DNA of 64,000 bases from Eledone cirrhosa (Eukaryota), in contig CAXHJY010001738.1 in NCBI GenBank assembly GCA_964016885.1, forward strand, positions 425,359 through 489,358, written 5' to 3'. Of the stretch, positions 1-13,208 are shown piece after piece; position 1 is the stretch's first letter, and each line of letters starts with the position of its first letter. Both the position numbers and the translations under genes were made by a program. The notes under the pieces are model-generated. The model worked only from the letters and a program-made list of their open reading frames with translations, was not told where the DNA came from and ran no database searches.

Positions 1-202
1 ACATATATATATACATACATATATATATACATACATATATATATACATATATATATACATATATATACATATATATACATATATACATATATATACATAT
101 ATATATATATACATATATATACATATATATATATATACATATATATACATATATATATATATATACATACATATATATATATATACATACATATATATAT
201 AT

Positions 203-267
<65 letters not shown>

Positions 268-268
268 C

Positions 269-316
<48 letters not shown>
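1..316. repeat. (TA)n/(TA)nCA microsatellite
   Basis: Pure TA dinucleotide run interrupted by CA. Confidence 0.98.
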
Positions 317-317
<1 letters not shown>

Positions 318-463
318 AGGATTAGAATACTGGAGCGTGTTCGAGTCAAACACCCTCTTCATATTATAGAAATGACAGTAAAAGGTATAGCTCAATGCAG
401 TTAAACAGAGCCGAAAAATTAAGAGAGTAAAACAAAGAATCCTTTAAAACATCAAAAGTTTTT

Positions 464-508
464 ATTAGCCGACAATGTTTCGTCCTATTAAGGACTCATC
501 AGGGCAAT
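464..508 (-). ncRNA. Minimal type I hammerhead ribozyme
   Basis: Minus strand: attGCC CTGATGA GTCCT-taat-AGGAC GAAA C-att-GTC GGCtaat. Intact core, 5-bp stem II, GUC cleavage triplet. Confidence 0.9.
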
Positions 509-835
509 CAAAACAACAAGAGGTAATTTCGGCAGATACAAGCCAGAAACTCTGAAGAATATGGAGTTTACATACACTAATGTCTTACAAAGATATACTA
601 TAATAAAAATGAAGATAAAAATAATAAAATTATAATAACTAAGGATGTAGATAACATTAAGAACCATATTACAAATATAGTCCAAAGTCACCAACTTAAA
701 TCTAAACAAATTTGGTTATATAGAGCAGGAATTATATATAACACAGTATAATACATTATAATAATAATATATCTATACCAACACTGAAATTCCAAATCAA
801 AAATCAAAAGGTACAATATATACATGTATATATGT

Positions 836-873
<38 letters not shown>

Positions 874-2357
874 TACAATACACATATCTATTTTCTATTA
901 CACAGAAATTAAGCCCTATTGGAAGTTTGAACATCAAAAATATCAAAAATAAGCATGGTAATAGTGAAAATAATGCCAACACATCTACTCAATATACATG
1001 AGGCAATAATTACAAGAAACACTTATAAGAAATAATAAACAACAAAATTATATAATACAATACAATATAATAAAATAGAATATATATATAATCTCCGGTT
1101 AATTTACAGAAACAATATAGATGTCACAGTGAAATACAATGATAAATTGTTAACATTATATTAACAATTACCATAAGCAATATGTACAACATGATTCATA
1201 CTGGGTTACATAATAAATGGGGAAATATCCATCATATAATATAATACAATAATACTAAAAAAAAACTATATTGGTACAGGGAACAATTATGATGTTACAG
1301 AAAAAATATGTTGTTACAGAAAAAATATAGACATCTAACATGATATGTAAAGTCTAAATACCATAATGTTACATATTAAAATATTAAAAATATAAAGTTT
1401 AACTATCTTAATGTTATATATAATAAACGGTAAGTAATAAGGATCTATATCATAATGTAATATATTTTAAAAATTGGCATATAATATATAAATAAATACT
1501 TATAATTTCAAGGTTAGTAGACAGACATGTGTGGATGAGTGAACGAAGCCAGACAGTGAGTGGTAAATAAAACAGATAAATACAATCAACCGGAAATTAC
1601 AAAACTAAGCAAATGTGTACACACTTAGGCCTCACGTGCATTAAGAAATTTGGTAAACACCAAGGAAAACGATCATTTTAAATGACTCCAAACCCTATCT
1701 GATACATTAATATTAAAAATATCAAACCCGTCCGATAAGGTAGTATAAAATTAGCTATAGTCTAAGTCATTAAAGTATATAAACTTTAATGTATCGTTAC
1801 AAATGTTTACAAAAAGGAATAAAATTACACTATCATACACGCAACGATATCTAAAAAACTGACTTAAGTAGAGTTAAGGTAGGCTAATGGGGACAGAATT
1901 GGCAAAATATATGGAGGGTGCGAAGTGGCATAAAATATATTCGATATACTATAATAAATAATAGAACAGAGCATAAAAGAGGGGGGGGGGTTAATATAAT
2001 CATATTCAATCTAGAGGGGTTGACAATAAGTTTATGCGTGCATGGGGGGGAGAAGGGGGGGGGGGTCGATAGATAAATCAGAATAGACTTAGAAATAAAA
2101 ATAAATAGAATTAAAAATAAAAATAAAAATAATGTTAAAATTAAAAATTAAAGTTAATGATAATAAAAGAATATATAAAGATAATAACGTGTGTAATCTT
2201 ATTTATACTAACAAGGTGTAATAGTGAAGACATAGATATGGTACAGTGGCCAAATGATTATGAGAGCTAGAATGAAGAGTCATCAAAAACCAATGGTAAC
2301 AATAGTGTTGGCAAACAAAAGAACCCAAACAAAAAACTAAGTAATGGAATATATCTG

Positions 2358-2759
2358 CTAATGGGTACGATTTGTACTACTAGAACATTTGGGTTTATAG
2401 TAAAAGTAAGAATTAGAAATTGCATGGGGGCAAGAAGAGAATATCTCAGACTTTCTATTCAGTAAGGGTACGCTAGAGAAAATAATAGAGTGTGTCTCAA
2501 GTATACAGAGATTACAAAACTTACTATGTGCAGAAAGGTGGTTAGATCGTGCTACTAAACTCCAGTTAAGGCTATATGGTATACAAGCTCCCTTAAGATC
2601 CCAGATATAATGCGCTAGAGAGGTAGAATTCTTAAACCTAATATGTTTGAAGTTAGAGATATGAGAGTTAAACCTAGTCTTGAAAGTGTTTGAAGTAGAT
2701 CCTATATATGTTCCTTTAGAGGAATTAGTTATAACCTCACAAGCATAGACAATGTTCTT
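2358..2759 (-). pseudogene. PLE GIY-YIG endonuclease C-terminal fragment (absent from ORF track, no start codon)
   Basis: Manual translation: KNIVYACEV..GTYIGSTSNTFKTRFNSHISNF..STSLAHYIWDLK..LNWSLV..CNLCILE..LLNRKSEIFSSCPH. Same motif order as ORF 45503-46474. Confidence 0.88.
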
Positions 2760-2761
2760 AC

Positions 2762-4947
2762 GGGAGCTTGTATACCATATAGCCTTAACTGGAGTTTAGT
2801 AGCACGATCTAACCACCTTTCTGCACATAGTAAGTTTTGTAATCTCTGTATACTTGAGACACACTCTATTATTTTCTCTAGCGTACCCTTACTGAATAGA
2901 AAGTCTGAGATATTCTCTTCTTGCCCCCATGCAATTTCTAATTCTTACTTTTACTATAAACCCAAATGTTCTAGTAGTACAAATTGTACCCATTAGCAGA
3001 TATATTCCATTACTTAGTTTTTTGTTTGGGTTCTTTTGTTTGCCAACACTATTGTTGCCATTGGTTTTTGATAACTCTTCATTCTAGCTCTCATAATCAT
3101 TTGGCCACTGTACCATATCTATGTCTTCACTATTACACCTTGTTAGTATAAATAAGATTACACACGTTATTATCTTTATATATTCTTTTATTATCATTAA
3201 CTTTAATTTTTAATTTTAACATTATTTTTATTTTTAATTCTATTTATTTTTATTTCTAAGTCTATTCTGATTTATCTATCGAACCCCCCCCCCTTCTCCC
3301 CCCCCCCCCATGCACGCATAAACTTATTGTCAACCCCTCTAGATTGAATATGATTATATTAAACCCCCCCTCTTTTATGCTCTGTTCTATTATTTATTAT
3401 AGTATATCGAATATATTTTATGCCACTTCGCACCCTCCATATATTTTGCCAATTCTGTCCCCATTAGCCTACCTTAACTCTACTTAAGTCAGTTTTTTAG
3501 ATATCGTTGCGTGTATGATAGTGTAATTTTATTCCTTTTTGTAAACATTTGTAACGATACATTAAAGTTTATATACTTTAATGACTTAGACTATAGCTAA
3601 TTTTATACTACCTTATCGGACGGGTTTGATATTTTTAATATTAATGTATCAGATAGGGTTTGGAGTCATTTAAAATGATCGTTTTCCTTGGTGTTTACCA
3701 AATTTCTTAATGCACGTGAGGCCTAAGTGTGTACACATTTGCTTAGTTTTGTAATTTCCGGTTGATTGTATTTATCTGTTTTATTTACCACTCACTGTCT
3801 GGCTTCGTTCACTCATCCACACATGTCTGTCTACTAACCTTGAAATTATAAGTATTTATTTATATATTATATGCCAATTTTTAAAATATATTACATTATG
3901 ATATAGATCCTTATTACTTACCGTTTATTATATATAACATTAAGATAGTTAAACTTTATATTTTTAATATTTTAATATTTTAATATTGTAATATGTAACA
4001 TTATGGTATTTAGACTTTACATATCATGTTAGATGTCTATATTTTTTCTGTAACAACATATTTTTTCTGTAACATCATAATTGTTCCCTGTACCAATATA
4101 GTTTTTTTTAGTATTATTGTATTATATTATATGATGGATATTTCCCCATTTATTATGTAACCCAGTATGAATCATGTTGTACATATTGCTTATGGTAATT
4201 GTTAATATAATGTTAACAATTTATCATTGTATTTCACTGTGACATCTATATTGTTTCTGTAAATTAACCGGAGATTATATATATATTCTATTTTATTATA
4301 TTGTATTGTATTATATAATTTTGTTGTTTATTATTTCTTATAAGTGTTTCTTGTAATTATTGCCTCATGTATATTGAGTAGATGTGTTGGCATTATTTTC
4401 ACTATTACCATGCTTATTTTTGATATTTTTGATGTTCAAACTTCCAATAGGGCTTAATTTCTGTGTAATAGAAAATAGATATGTGTATTGTAATATGTGT
4501 GTGTGTGTGTGTGTGTATGTGTGTGCGCACATATATACATGTATATATTGTACCTTTTGATTTTTGATTTGGAATTTCAGTGTTGGTATAGATATATTAT
4601 TATTATAATGTATTATACTGTGTTATATATAATTCCTGCTCTATATAACCAAATTTGTTTAGATTTAAGTTGGTGACTTTGGACTATATTTGTAATATGG
4701 TTCTTAATGTTATCTACATCCTTAGTTATTATAATTTTATTATTTTTATCTTCATTTTTATTATAGTATATCTTTGTAAGACATTAGTGTATGTAAACTC
4801 CATATTCTTCAGAGTTTCTGGCTTGTATCTGCCGAAATTACCTCTTGTTGTTTTGATTGCCCTGATGAGTCCTTAATAGGACGAAACATTGTCGGCTAAT
4901 AAAAACTTTTGATGTTTTAAAGGATTCTTTGTTTTACTCTCTTAATT
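2762..4947 (+). mobile_element. Inverted copy of the PLE 3' region (arm of a ~2.2 kb inverted repeat with 417-2592)
   Basis: Reverse complement of 417-2592 with a few SNPs and small indels. The identical 73-aa ORF appears at 488-709(-) and 4655-4876(+). Confidence 0.93.
4856..4900 (+). ncRNA. Minimal type I hammerhead ribozyme (copy)
   Basis: GCC(4859) CTGATGA(4862-4868) GTCCT TAAT AGGAC GAAA(4883-4886) CATTGTC; predicted cleavage after C4893; then GGC. Confidence 0.9.
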
Positions 4948-5083
4948 ATATATATATATACACATATATATATACATACATATATATATACACACATATA
5001 TATATATACACACATATATATATATACACACATATATATATATACACACATATATATATATACATATATATATATATACACAC

Positions 5084-5114
<31 letters not shown>

Positions 5115-5217
5115 CATATATATATACACATATATATATATATATATACACATATATATATATATACACACATATATATATACACATATATATATATACA
5201 CATATATATATATACAC

Positions 5218-5280
<63 letters not shown>

Positions 5281-5363
5281 CACACATATATATATACACA
5301 TATATATATATACACATATATATATATACACATATATATATATACACATATATATATATACAC

Positions 5364-5442
<79 letters not shown>

Positions 5443-5556
5443 CATATATATATATACATATATATATACATATATATATATACATATATATATATACATA
5501 TATATATATACATATATATATATACATATATATACATATATATACATATATATATA
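4948..5556. repeat. (TA)nCA microsatellite
   Basis: Direct reading. Confidence 0.98.
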
Positions 5557-5561
5557 GAGAG

Positions 5562-6049
5562 AGAGAAAATTGAGGTTGGTAATGGCACATGGAATATATA
5601 AGAGACAGAATACTTTTTTGTGAAAAAACATATAATTTTATAAGGTAAGGAAATAATAAAGGGTATAAAAAATGACCGGTTTCGATGGGTCTGCAAAAGC
5701 CATCTTTTCAAATGTTGATTAATATTAAGAAAAATGAATAAGAAGAGTTAAAATTTGAGAGTTGAAAATTCAAGTATAGAATTCATTGTGGGATTTCATA
5801 GTAGTTTTCATCTTGGTAGCAGCTCGTTGACTGCTTCTGGTAGTGAATGAGAAGTTATTTGGGGTGTGGGTTATTTTATAAAGGTCAAATTTAGCAATGG
5901 CCAGATGGCCAGCTGCTGGTCAGTGAGGGGGTGGAAGCAATATACATACATATATCTTCCTGTGCTCGGTAGGAGAGGGGAGATTGATAGAAAGGGATTT
6001 AGTGCACTTACACCTATATATACACACATAACTTCATCCACACATACAT

Positions 6050-6090
<41 letters not shown>

Positions 6091-6824
6091 CACACATACA
6101 TACATACACACATACATATACCAAAACTAAACGGGTTCTCACCCCAATAGAATTGTCATAAAATATAAACACACATACGCACGGAGTGACAAATATATGT
6201 GTGTGTAGGTGTGCATGTATATAATTATCACCACTATTAAAGACCAGAGACCAATTCTGTAGAATCAGGTTTATTCGTTGACAGACCATGCCTTTGTGTG
6301 ACCAACACATCCATGTTAAACCCTGCACGTGCACACACATATATCTATATATATATATGCGCACACAGAATTCACCACTGTCGGTTGCGGGGCCCAATCT
6401 ACATGAAGAACTCAATGTGATCAGAATGACTTGTATTTTAATTTCACTGTCCTAACTTCTTATATTATGGAAACAATATATGTGTATGTATGTATATATA
6501 TATATTTGGAGGCCATTTCTCTGTGTGTGGGTGTATGTATGTGTATATATGTGTGTGTGTGTGTATGTGTGTGCATGTGGATGTATGTATTGTGTGTGCG
6601 TGTGTCTGTGTGTGTGTATCTGGATGTATGCGTATGTGTATATATACATGTGTGTGTGTGTGTATATATATATGTGTGTGTGTGTGTATGTATGTATGTG
6701 TATCTGGATGTATGTGTATGTATATATATGTGTGTGTGTGAGTATATATATATATATATATGTGTGTGTATGTGCATATATGTGTGTGTGTATGTATATG
6801 TATGTGTGTGTGTATGTATGTGGG

Positions 6825-6863
<39 letters not shown>

Positions 6864-7357
6864 ATGTATGTGTGGATGAAGGTATGTGTGTATATATAGG
6901 TGTAAGTGCACTAAATCCCTTTCTATCAATCTCCCCTCTCCTACCGAGCACAGGAAGATATATGTATGTATATTGCTTCCACCCCCTCACTGACCAGCAG
7001 CTGGCCATCTGGCCATTGCTAAATTTGACCTTTATAAAATAACCCACACCCCAAATAACTTCTCATTCACTACCAGAAGCAGTCAACGAGCTGCTACCAA
7101 GATGAAAACTACTATGAAATCCCACAATGAATTCTATACTTGAATTTTCAAATCTCAAATTTTAACTCTTCTTATTATTAATTTTTCTTAATATTAATCA
7201 ACATTTGAAAAGATGATGGCTTTTGCAGACCCATCGAAACCGGTCATTTTTTATACCCTTTATTATTTCCTTACCTTATAAAATTATATGTTTTTTCACA
7301 AAAAAGTATTCTGTCTCTTATATATTCCATGTGCCATTACCAACCTCAATTTTCTCT
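5562..7357. repeat. Inverted repeat, arms ~5562-6110 and ~6800-7357
   Basis: ORFs 5866-6150(+) and 6460-7047(-) share the same N-terminus; the arms are reverse complementary with small differences. Confidence 0.9.
5668..5717 (-). ncRNA. Hammerhead-like motif, U3-A8 variant core
   Basis: Minus strand: caacAT TTGAAAA GATGG-cttttgcagac-CCATC GAAA C-cg-GTC ATtttt. Stem I is weak. Plus-strand copies at 7199-7251 and 12981-13033 have an extra GAT after the core. Confidence 0.6.
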
Positions 7358-7615
7358 ATAACCTTCGTTTTGTGTAGTAAATTACACTTTTCATATATAT
7401 ATATATACATATATATATATACATATAGCAGTTCTCTGGCTACAACCAAAGAGACAGAGTCAGAGTATACGAAGGAGCCATGGAAAAGTATAAGACCCTC
7501 ATAGAACTGGACATGAAAGGAATCTGCCCACTATACAGGAGCAAATCATGGAATAGCTTAGATAGGGCTAGGGAAGGCCACATCATGGTACGACAACCAG
7601 AGATATCAGAGTGTC

Positions 7616-8170
7616 ATGTTTGTGGACGCCACCCCTGGAGGGAAGTTAGCTAACCAGTGTAGAAAGGCCCTGAGAAAGACCCACTTAAAAATAAAAGTGG
7701 TAGAAAAGCCAGGAACCACCATAAAATCCCTGATCAGCAAAACCTACCCTTTTAAGAAAACCCACTGTACCAATAGGAAGTGTATCATATGTAAGGTGAA
7801 CCCCCGGATAAACTGTAAAACTAGAAACGTAGTCTATAGCATAAAATGTACAGAGGGTACTTGCAGAAACATGACAACAACATACATAGGTGAGACAGCT
7901 CGTAGCATAGGTGAAAGGATAGACCAACACTGGGGGGAACTAAAAGGACGAAAAAACGGGTCAGTACTATACGAACATGCTAGACAACAACATGACGGTA
8001 ACATAGACAACATAGAAATTAGAATAATATCTAAACATAGGAATGACCCAGCAGATAGGCAAATCAGAGAGGCCAGTGAAATAGAAATTAGAAGACCAAA
8101 GCTAAACAGAAAGAATGAGTGGAACAACAACAACACCCAAACAAACAACACTGACCTAAGAGAAGTATAA
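7616..8170 (+). pseudogene. PLE GIY-YIG endonuclease domain within the pLTR copy
   Basis: CTNRKCIIC linker, NVVYSIKC..C..YIGETARSIGERIDQH, HARQQH, RQIREA, LNRKNEW. Confidence 0.9.
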
Positions 8171-8443
8171 ATAAGTAAATAAAATTAAATAAAATAAGAT
8201 AAATAAATACATACACAAGCACAATAACAACAAGCACATAAACACACACTAGTCACCCAGCAGACACAACACTATACACACTAGTCACACATCACACATA
8301 ACACTATACACACACGCAAACGCATGCGCAAAGAAGACAAAATAAAATAAGATAAACAAACAAGCAAATAAATAAATAAATATATAGACAGACTGAACAA
8401 AAAAAAATGGCGTAGACATACAACACAACAGGAGGAACAATGA

Positions 8444-8500
8444 ATATAACACCACTGACGATGTTGCAGATGTGCAACGAAAGATTTATGTAAATTATGT
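8444..8500 (+). ncRNA. Minimal hammerhead ribozyme in PLE pLTR (copy at 14227-14283)
   Basis: CA CTGACGA T GTTGCA-gatg-TGCAAC GAAA G-at-TTA TG. 6-bp stem II; stems I and III are short and rely on wobble pairs. Confidence 0.65.
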
Positions 8501-8685
8501 AAACTATATATATATGTGTGTTTGTGTCTATATTGTATCTGTATTATTTTTGACCGCCGGTCAGTCAATGGCAACATTGAGGACCGAGTAAGTTAGATCG
8601 CAGATATAATAAAAGACAGCGAGAAGCGAAAACCAACCAAACAGTGAGTGTGTTCTGTTATTAATTCTGGCAATATTACGCAAAT

Positions 8686-11600
8686 ATGACCCTCCCCAGG
8701 TGTAACAATATCTGTTTCGACACACGATTTCATATAAAAAACCTCGCAAAACTAATTCATCGCCGCTACGGCATTAGCTTGTGCCAAGCTGAAAGGTTAC
8801 TGAAAGACACTGTTTTCTGTTATATAAAAACTACAATAACAACAGAACAAATCCGCTTCTTAAAACACTGTGTTTCCTCCAAAACATACACAACAAACAT
8901 ATCAAAACAAGTAAATAATTTATTATTGAACAAAACACAAGCCGAACGGCTAAAACACACAATAACAGTTAATATGAAAAGAACAACATACACAAAAGTC
9001 AACGCACTCTACAGACAAAAACGCATCAACGGTAAGGAAATCCGAAATCTCATCACAGCAAACGAGAGAGACGACTTCATGAGCGTCATCCGACGCGAAA
9101 CGAAATATGCTCAAAATGAATGCTGTAAGCATTTCAAGAAGAAATTAGAATGGATGAATAAGAAAAAACTACAAGAAAGGAAAATCGAATATTCTCAAAA
9201 ATACCCAGATAACATCGACAATATCCGTATGAGTGATGTAAAACTACCGGAAGAATTTACCAATGACCACACAGTAAATATCTATGGGAACACTTTAATC
9301 AGTGAACAAGAACAACAAATCCTAAGGTTACCACCAAAATTTGCCATCTACAAAAAGATTAACCCTATGGAATGCAAAACAGAGCTGGAAAAGTGTTTCA
9401 CAAAAATACGTTGGAATGCAAAGGTAAACAACAACAACAATAATAACGGTAGTAATAATATAAACAATAACTCTGGGTATAGAAATAACAGCCATAACCA
9501 TAACAATGGCAGCAAAGTGAGAAATAGTGATAATGGTAATAATACTAGCGATAGACGGAACAACAACAACCACAATAATAATAATAATAGAAACGTTAAC
9601 CACAGACACAGCAACAGTGACCACAGTAGTAATAACGGTAACAATACGAACAACAACAACAATAACCACAGTGGTAATAATGGAAATAGTACATGTAGCA
9701 ACATCAACAAAAACAAGAAACATAATAATAGTAACAACCACAATGGTAGAAATAGCAGTAACAACAACAACAATAACAGTGAAGTAAACAACAATACATC
9801 TAGCAATCATAACAATAATAATAATAATACTAATGATAGAAACAACAACAACCACCATGATAACAATAATAGCAACACACACAACTATGACGATAGAAAT
9901 AACGACAACCCCTTAGAGAAACTATTTTTCAACCCAGCTGACAAAACATATAAGATGGGTAATATCTATCCTACGAGGTTACCCTTTAATAAAAGAGTTT
10001 GCATACCACAGCAAATAGATGACGAGACGGAGGCACAGTTCACCATAGCTAGAAATAAGATTAGACAGGTAGTAGACAGGTACACTATGAGACAGAGCAG
10101 ACCAGAGGCCCAACAACTTGGGAGAAAACCTGTAGAAGGCTTGGTTAGCCTCAAGCAGCGCACAAGGGATGGTGAGGTAGTGTGTCTACCCACAGATAAG
10201 TCTGGTAGGATGTCAATAGATAGCATGCCGAACTACATCGAGGCAATGCAACCCCACATCACCAACACGAGCGAAGTTGCACAACTAACACACGATGGGA
10301 GAGAAAAAATCCTCAACGCTCACATGATGATGTGGACTGACATCCTAAAGCCAAGCAGACGCACTGCCAACAACTTCCAGGCGTCTAACAATGGCATACC
10401 ACCCTTGTATGGGCTCCGCAAAGACCACAAGACAGTCGACGACCCGACAACAGGACCACCAACAAGACCCGTATGCGGAGCTAATATAGCTAGCAACTAC
10501 AGGATCTCCTACTTCCTCTCAATGGTTATACGCCCCATAATCAAGATGTCCCCAGATGTATGTGAAAGTACAGAGGACCTCCTCAGCAGAATCAGTGAGT
10601 GCAACAAAAACAGGAGCCTATCCAACTGCATAATAGGCAGCATGGATGTGGTGTCACTGTCCCCATCCATTAACATTGATTTTGCTGTGAAAAGATGTGT
10701 GGAGATGATCATTGAGAGTGAGGTGGAGTTCTGCGACGTCGACACAGACGAACTGGGCCTCCTACTTAGACTTACCTACGACACTGGCTACCTAGACAGC
10801 CATGACCTTAGATGTTTCTGCCCTAGTAGACCTATAAGAGGTAGACCCCCCCACCATAACCTCAATGGCTAAAAAGACTCCCATAGGAAGGTGGATTGGG
10901 TGGACCAAAGCCATACGGACCCCCCAAAACACTGATCAGGTAAGAAAAATGGTCGCACATGCAATAGGGGCTAGTATCAAAACTACCCTAAAGGGCCACA
11001 TATTTAAGTTCAATGAGAAAATCTACACCCAAAATGAGGGAGCAGCCATCGGTGTCAGCAGAGCTGGTGATGTTGCCAACCTTTTCATGGTATGGTGGGA
11101 AAGGAGACTTAAAGATCTCCTCAATGAAAGCTCCATAGACCTCATCATGTACTCTTGTTATGTAGACGATATCAATATAGTTATAAGAACACCCCCACTA
11201 GAGAGCACTAACAAGTTTGATTTAGAACGTAGCACGATGGAAAGCATCCAGCAGATAGCTAATTCCATACACCAGAGTATAACTGTAACTATAGACTTCC
11301 CTTCCAAACACCCTACCAATAGACTACCTGTATTAGACACAGAACTCTGGATTAACACTATAGACGAAAGAGCCCAAATTCTCCACTCACACTATGCTAA
11401 ACCCATGGCCTCCAAATACCTGATACTCAAAAACTCAGCAATGTCCAGTAGTGCTAAGTTTAATATTCTGATCGCAGATTTGGTACGAGTGATGAAGAAT
11501 GTGTCCAGCATGTGCGACCCAACAGAAATGGAAGGATACATCCAACAATTCATCAACCGCATGCAGTTCTCTGGCTACAACCAAAGAGACAGAGTCAGAG

Positions 11601-12225
11601 TATACGAAGGAGCCATGGAAAAGTATAAGACCCTCATAGAACTGGACATGAAAGGAATCTGCCCACTATACAGGAGCAAATCATGGAATAGCTTAGATAG
11701 GGCTAGACATAAGATAGGGAAGGCCACATCATGGTACGACAACCAGAGATATCAGAGTGTCATGTTTGTGGACGCCACCCCTGGAGGGAAATTAGCTAAC
11801 CAGTGTAGAAAGGCCCTGAGAAAGACCCACTTAAAAATAAAGGTGGTAGAAAAGCCAGGAACTACATAAAATCCCTGATCAGCAAAACCTACCCTTTTAA
11901 GAAAACCCACTGTACCAATAGGAAGTGTATCATATGTAAGGTGAACCCCCGGATAAACTGTAAAACTAGAAACGTAGTCTATAGCATAAGATGTACAGAG
12001 GGTACTTGCAGAAACATGACAACAACATACATAGGTGAGACAGCTCGTAGCATAGGTGAAAGGATAGACCAACACTGGGGGGAACTAAAAGGACGAACAA
12101 ACGGGTCAGTACTATACGAACATGCTAGACAACAACATGACGGTAACATAGACAACATAGAAATTAGAATAATATCTAAACATAGGAATGACCCAGCAGA
12201 TAGGCAAATCAGAGAGGCCAGTGAA
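8686..12225 (+). pseudogene. PLE reverse transcriptase + C-terminal GIY-YIG polyprotein, two frameshifts, 3' truncated
   Basis: ORFs 8686-10872, 10865-11869 and 11941-. Motifs TDKSG, PPLYGLRKDHK, RPVCG, SMDVVSL, FNEKIYTQNEGAAIG, YVDD, LPVLD, YIGETAR. Frameshifts at the C7 run (10846-10852) and at ~11866 (1-nt deletion versus pLTR copies). Confidence 0.92.
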
Positions 12226-12610
12226 ACTTCTTATATTATGGAAACAATATATGTGTATGTATGTATATATATATATTTGGAGGCCATTTCTCTGTGTGTG
12301 GGTGTATGTATGTGTATATATATGTGTGTGTGTGTGTGTGTATGTGTGTGCATGTGGATGTGTGTGCGTGTGTGTGTGTGTGTATGTATGTGTGTATCTG
12401 GATGTATGCGTATGTGTATATATATATGTGTGTGTGTGTGTATATATATATGTGTGTGTGTGTGTATGTATGTATGTGTATCTGGATGTATGTGTATGTA
12501 TATATATGTGTGTGTGTGAGTATATATATATATATATATGTGTGTGTATGTGCATATATGTGTGTGTGTATGTGTGTATGTATATGTATGTGTGTGTGTA
12601 TGTATGTGGG

Positions 12611-12644
<34 letters not shown>

Positions 12645-13208
12645 TATGTATGTGTGGATGAAGGTATGTGTGTATATATAGGTGTAAGTGCACTAAATCC
12701 CTTTCTATCAATCTCCCCTCTCCTACCGAGCACAGGAAGATATATGTATGTATATTGCTTCCACCCCCTCACTGACCAGCAGCTGGCCATCTGGCCATTG
12801 CTAAATTTGACCTTTATAAAATAACCCACACCCCAAATAACTTCTCATTCACTACCAGAAGCAGTCAACAAGCTGCTACCAAGATGAAAACTACTATGAA
12901 ATCCCACAATGAATTCTATACTTGAATTTTCAAATCTCCAATGTTAACTCTTCTTATTATTAATTTTTCTTAATATTAATCAACATTTGAAAAGATGATG
13001 GCTTTTGCAGACCCATCGAAACCGGTCATTTTTTATACCCTTTATTATTTCCTTACCTTATAAAATTATATGTTTTTTCACAAAAAAGTATTCTGTCTCT
13101 TATATATTCCATGTGCCATTACCAACCTCAATTTTCTCTATAATCTTCGTTTTGTGTAGTAAATTACACTTTTCATATATATATATATACATATATATAT
13201 ATACATAT

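Larger units (their letters stand above)
317..2760 (-). mobile_element. 3' part of a Penelope-like element (GIY-YIG end, ~2 kb AT-rich 3'UTR/pLTR with hammerhead ribozyme)
   Basis: Minus strand reads endonuclease C-terminus, long UTR, hammerhead at 464-508, then ends in (TA)n. Confidence 0.8.
7427..12225 (+). mobile_element. Penelope-like retroelement in partial-tandem form (upstream pLTR 7427-8710 followed by near-full ORF)
   Basis: 7427-8170 repeats the ORF 3' end (from ~11562), followed by UTR with a hammerhead and then the ORF start. This is the established PLE pseudo-LTR architecture. Confidence 0.9.

Noticed and set aside
488-982. Short hydrophobic ORFs (73, 65, 61 aa; copy at 4655-4876)
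   Set aside because: They lie in an AT-rich PLE UTR, overlap the hammerhead or a microsatellite, and show no recognisable motif.
8686-12225. Selenocysteine (in-frame TGA) recoding as in some Naiad PLEs
   Set aside because: The breaks are frameshifts rather than TGA at Cys positions, and the endonuclease is C-terminal.
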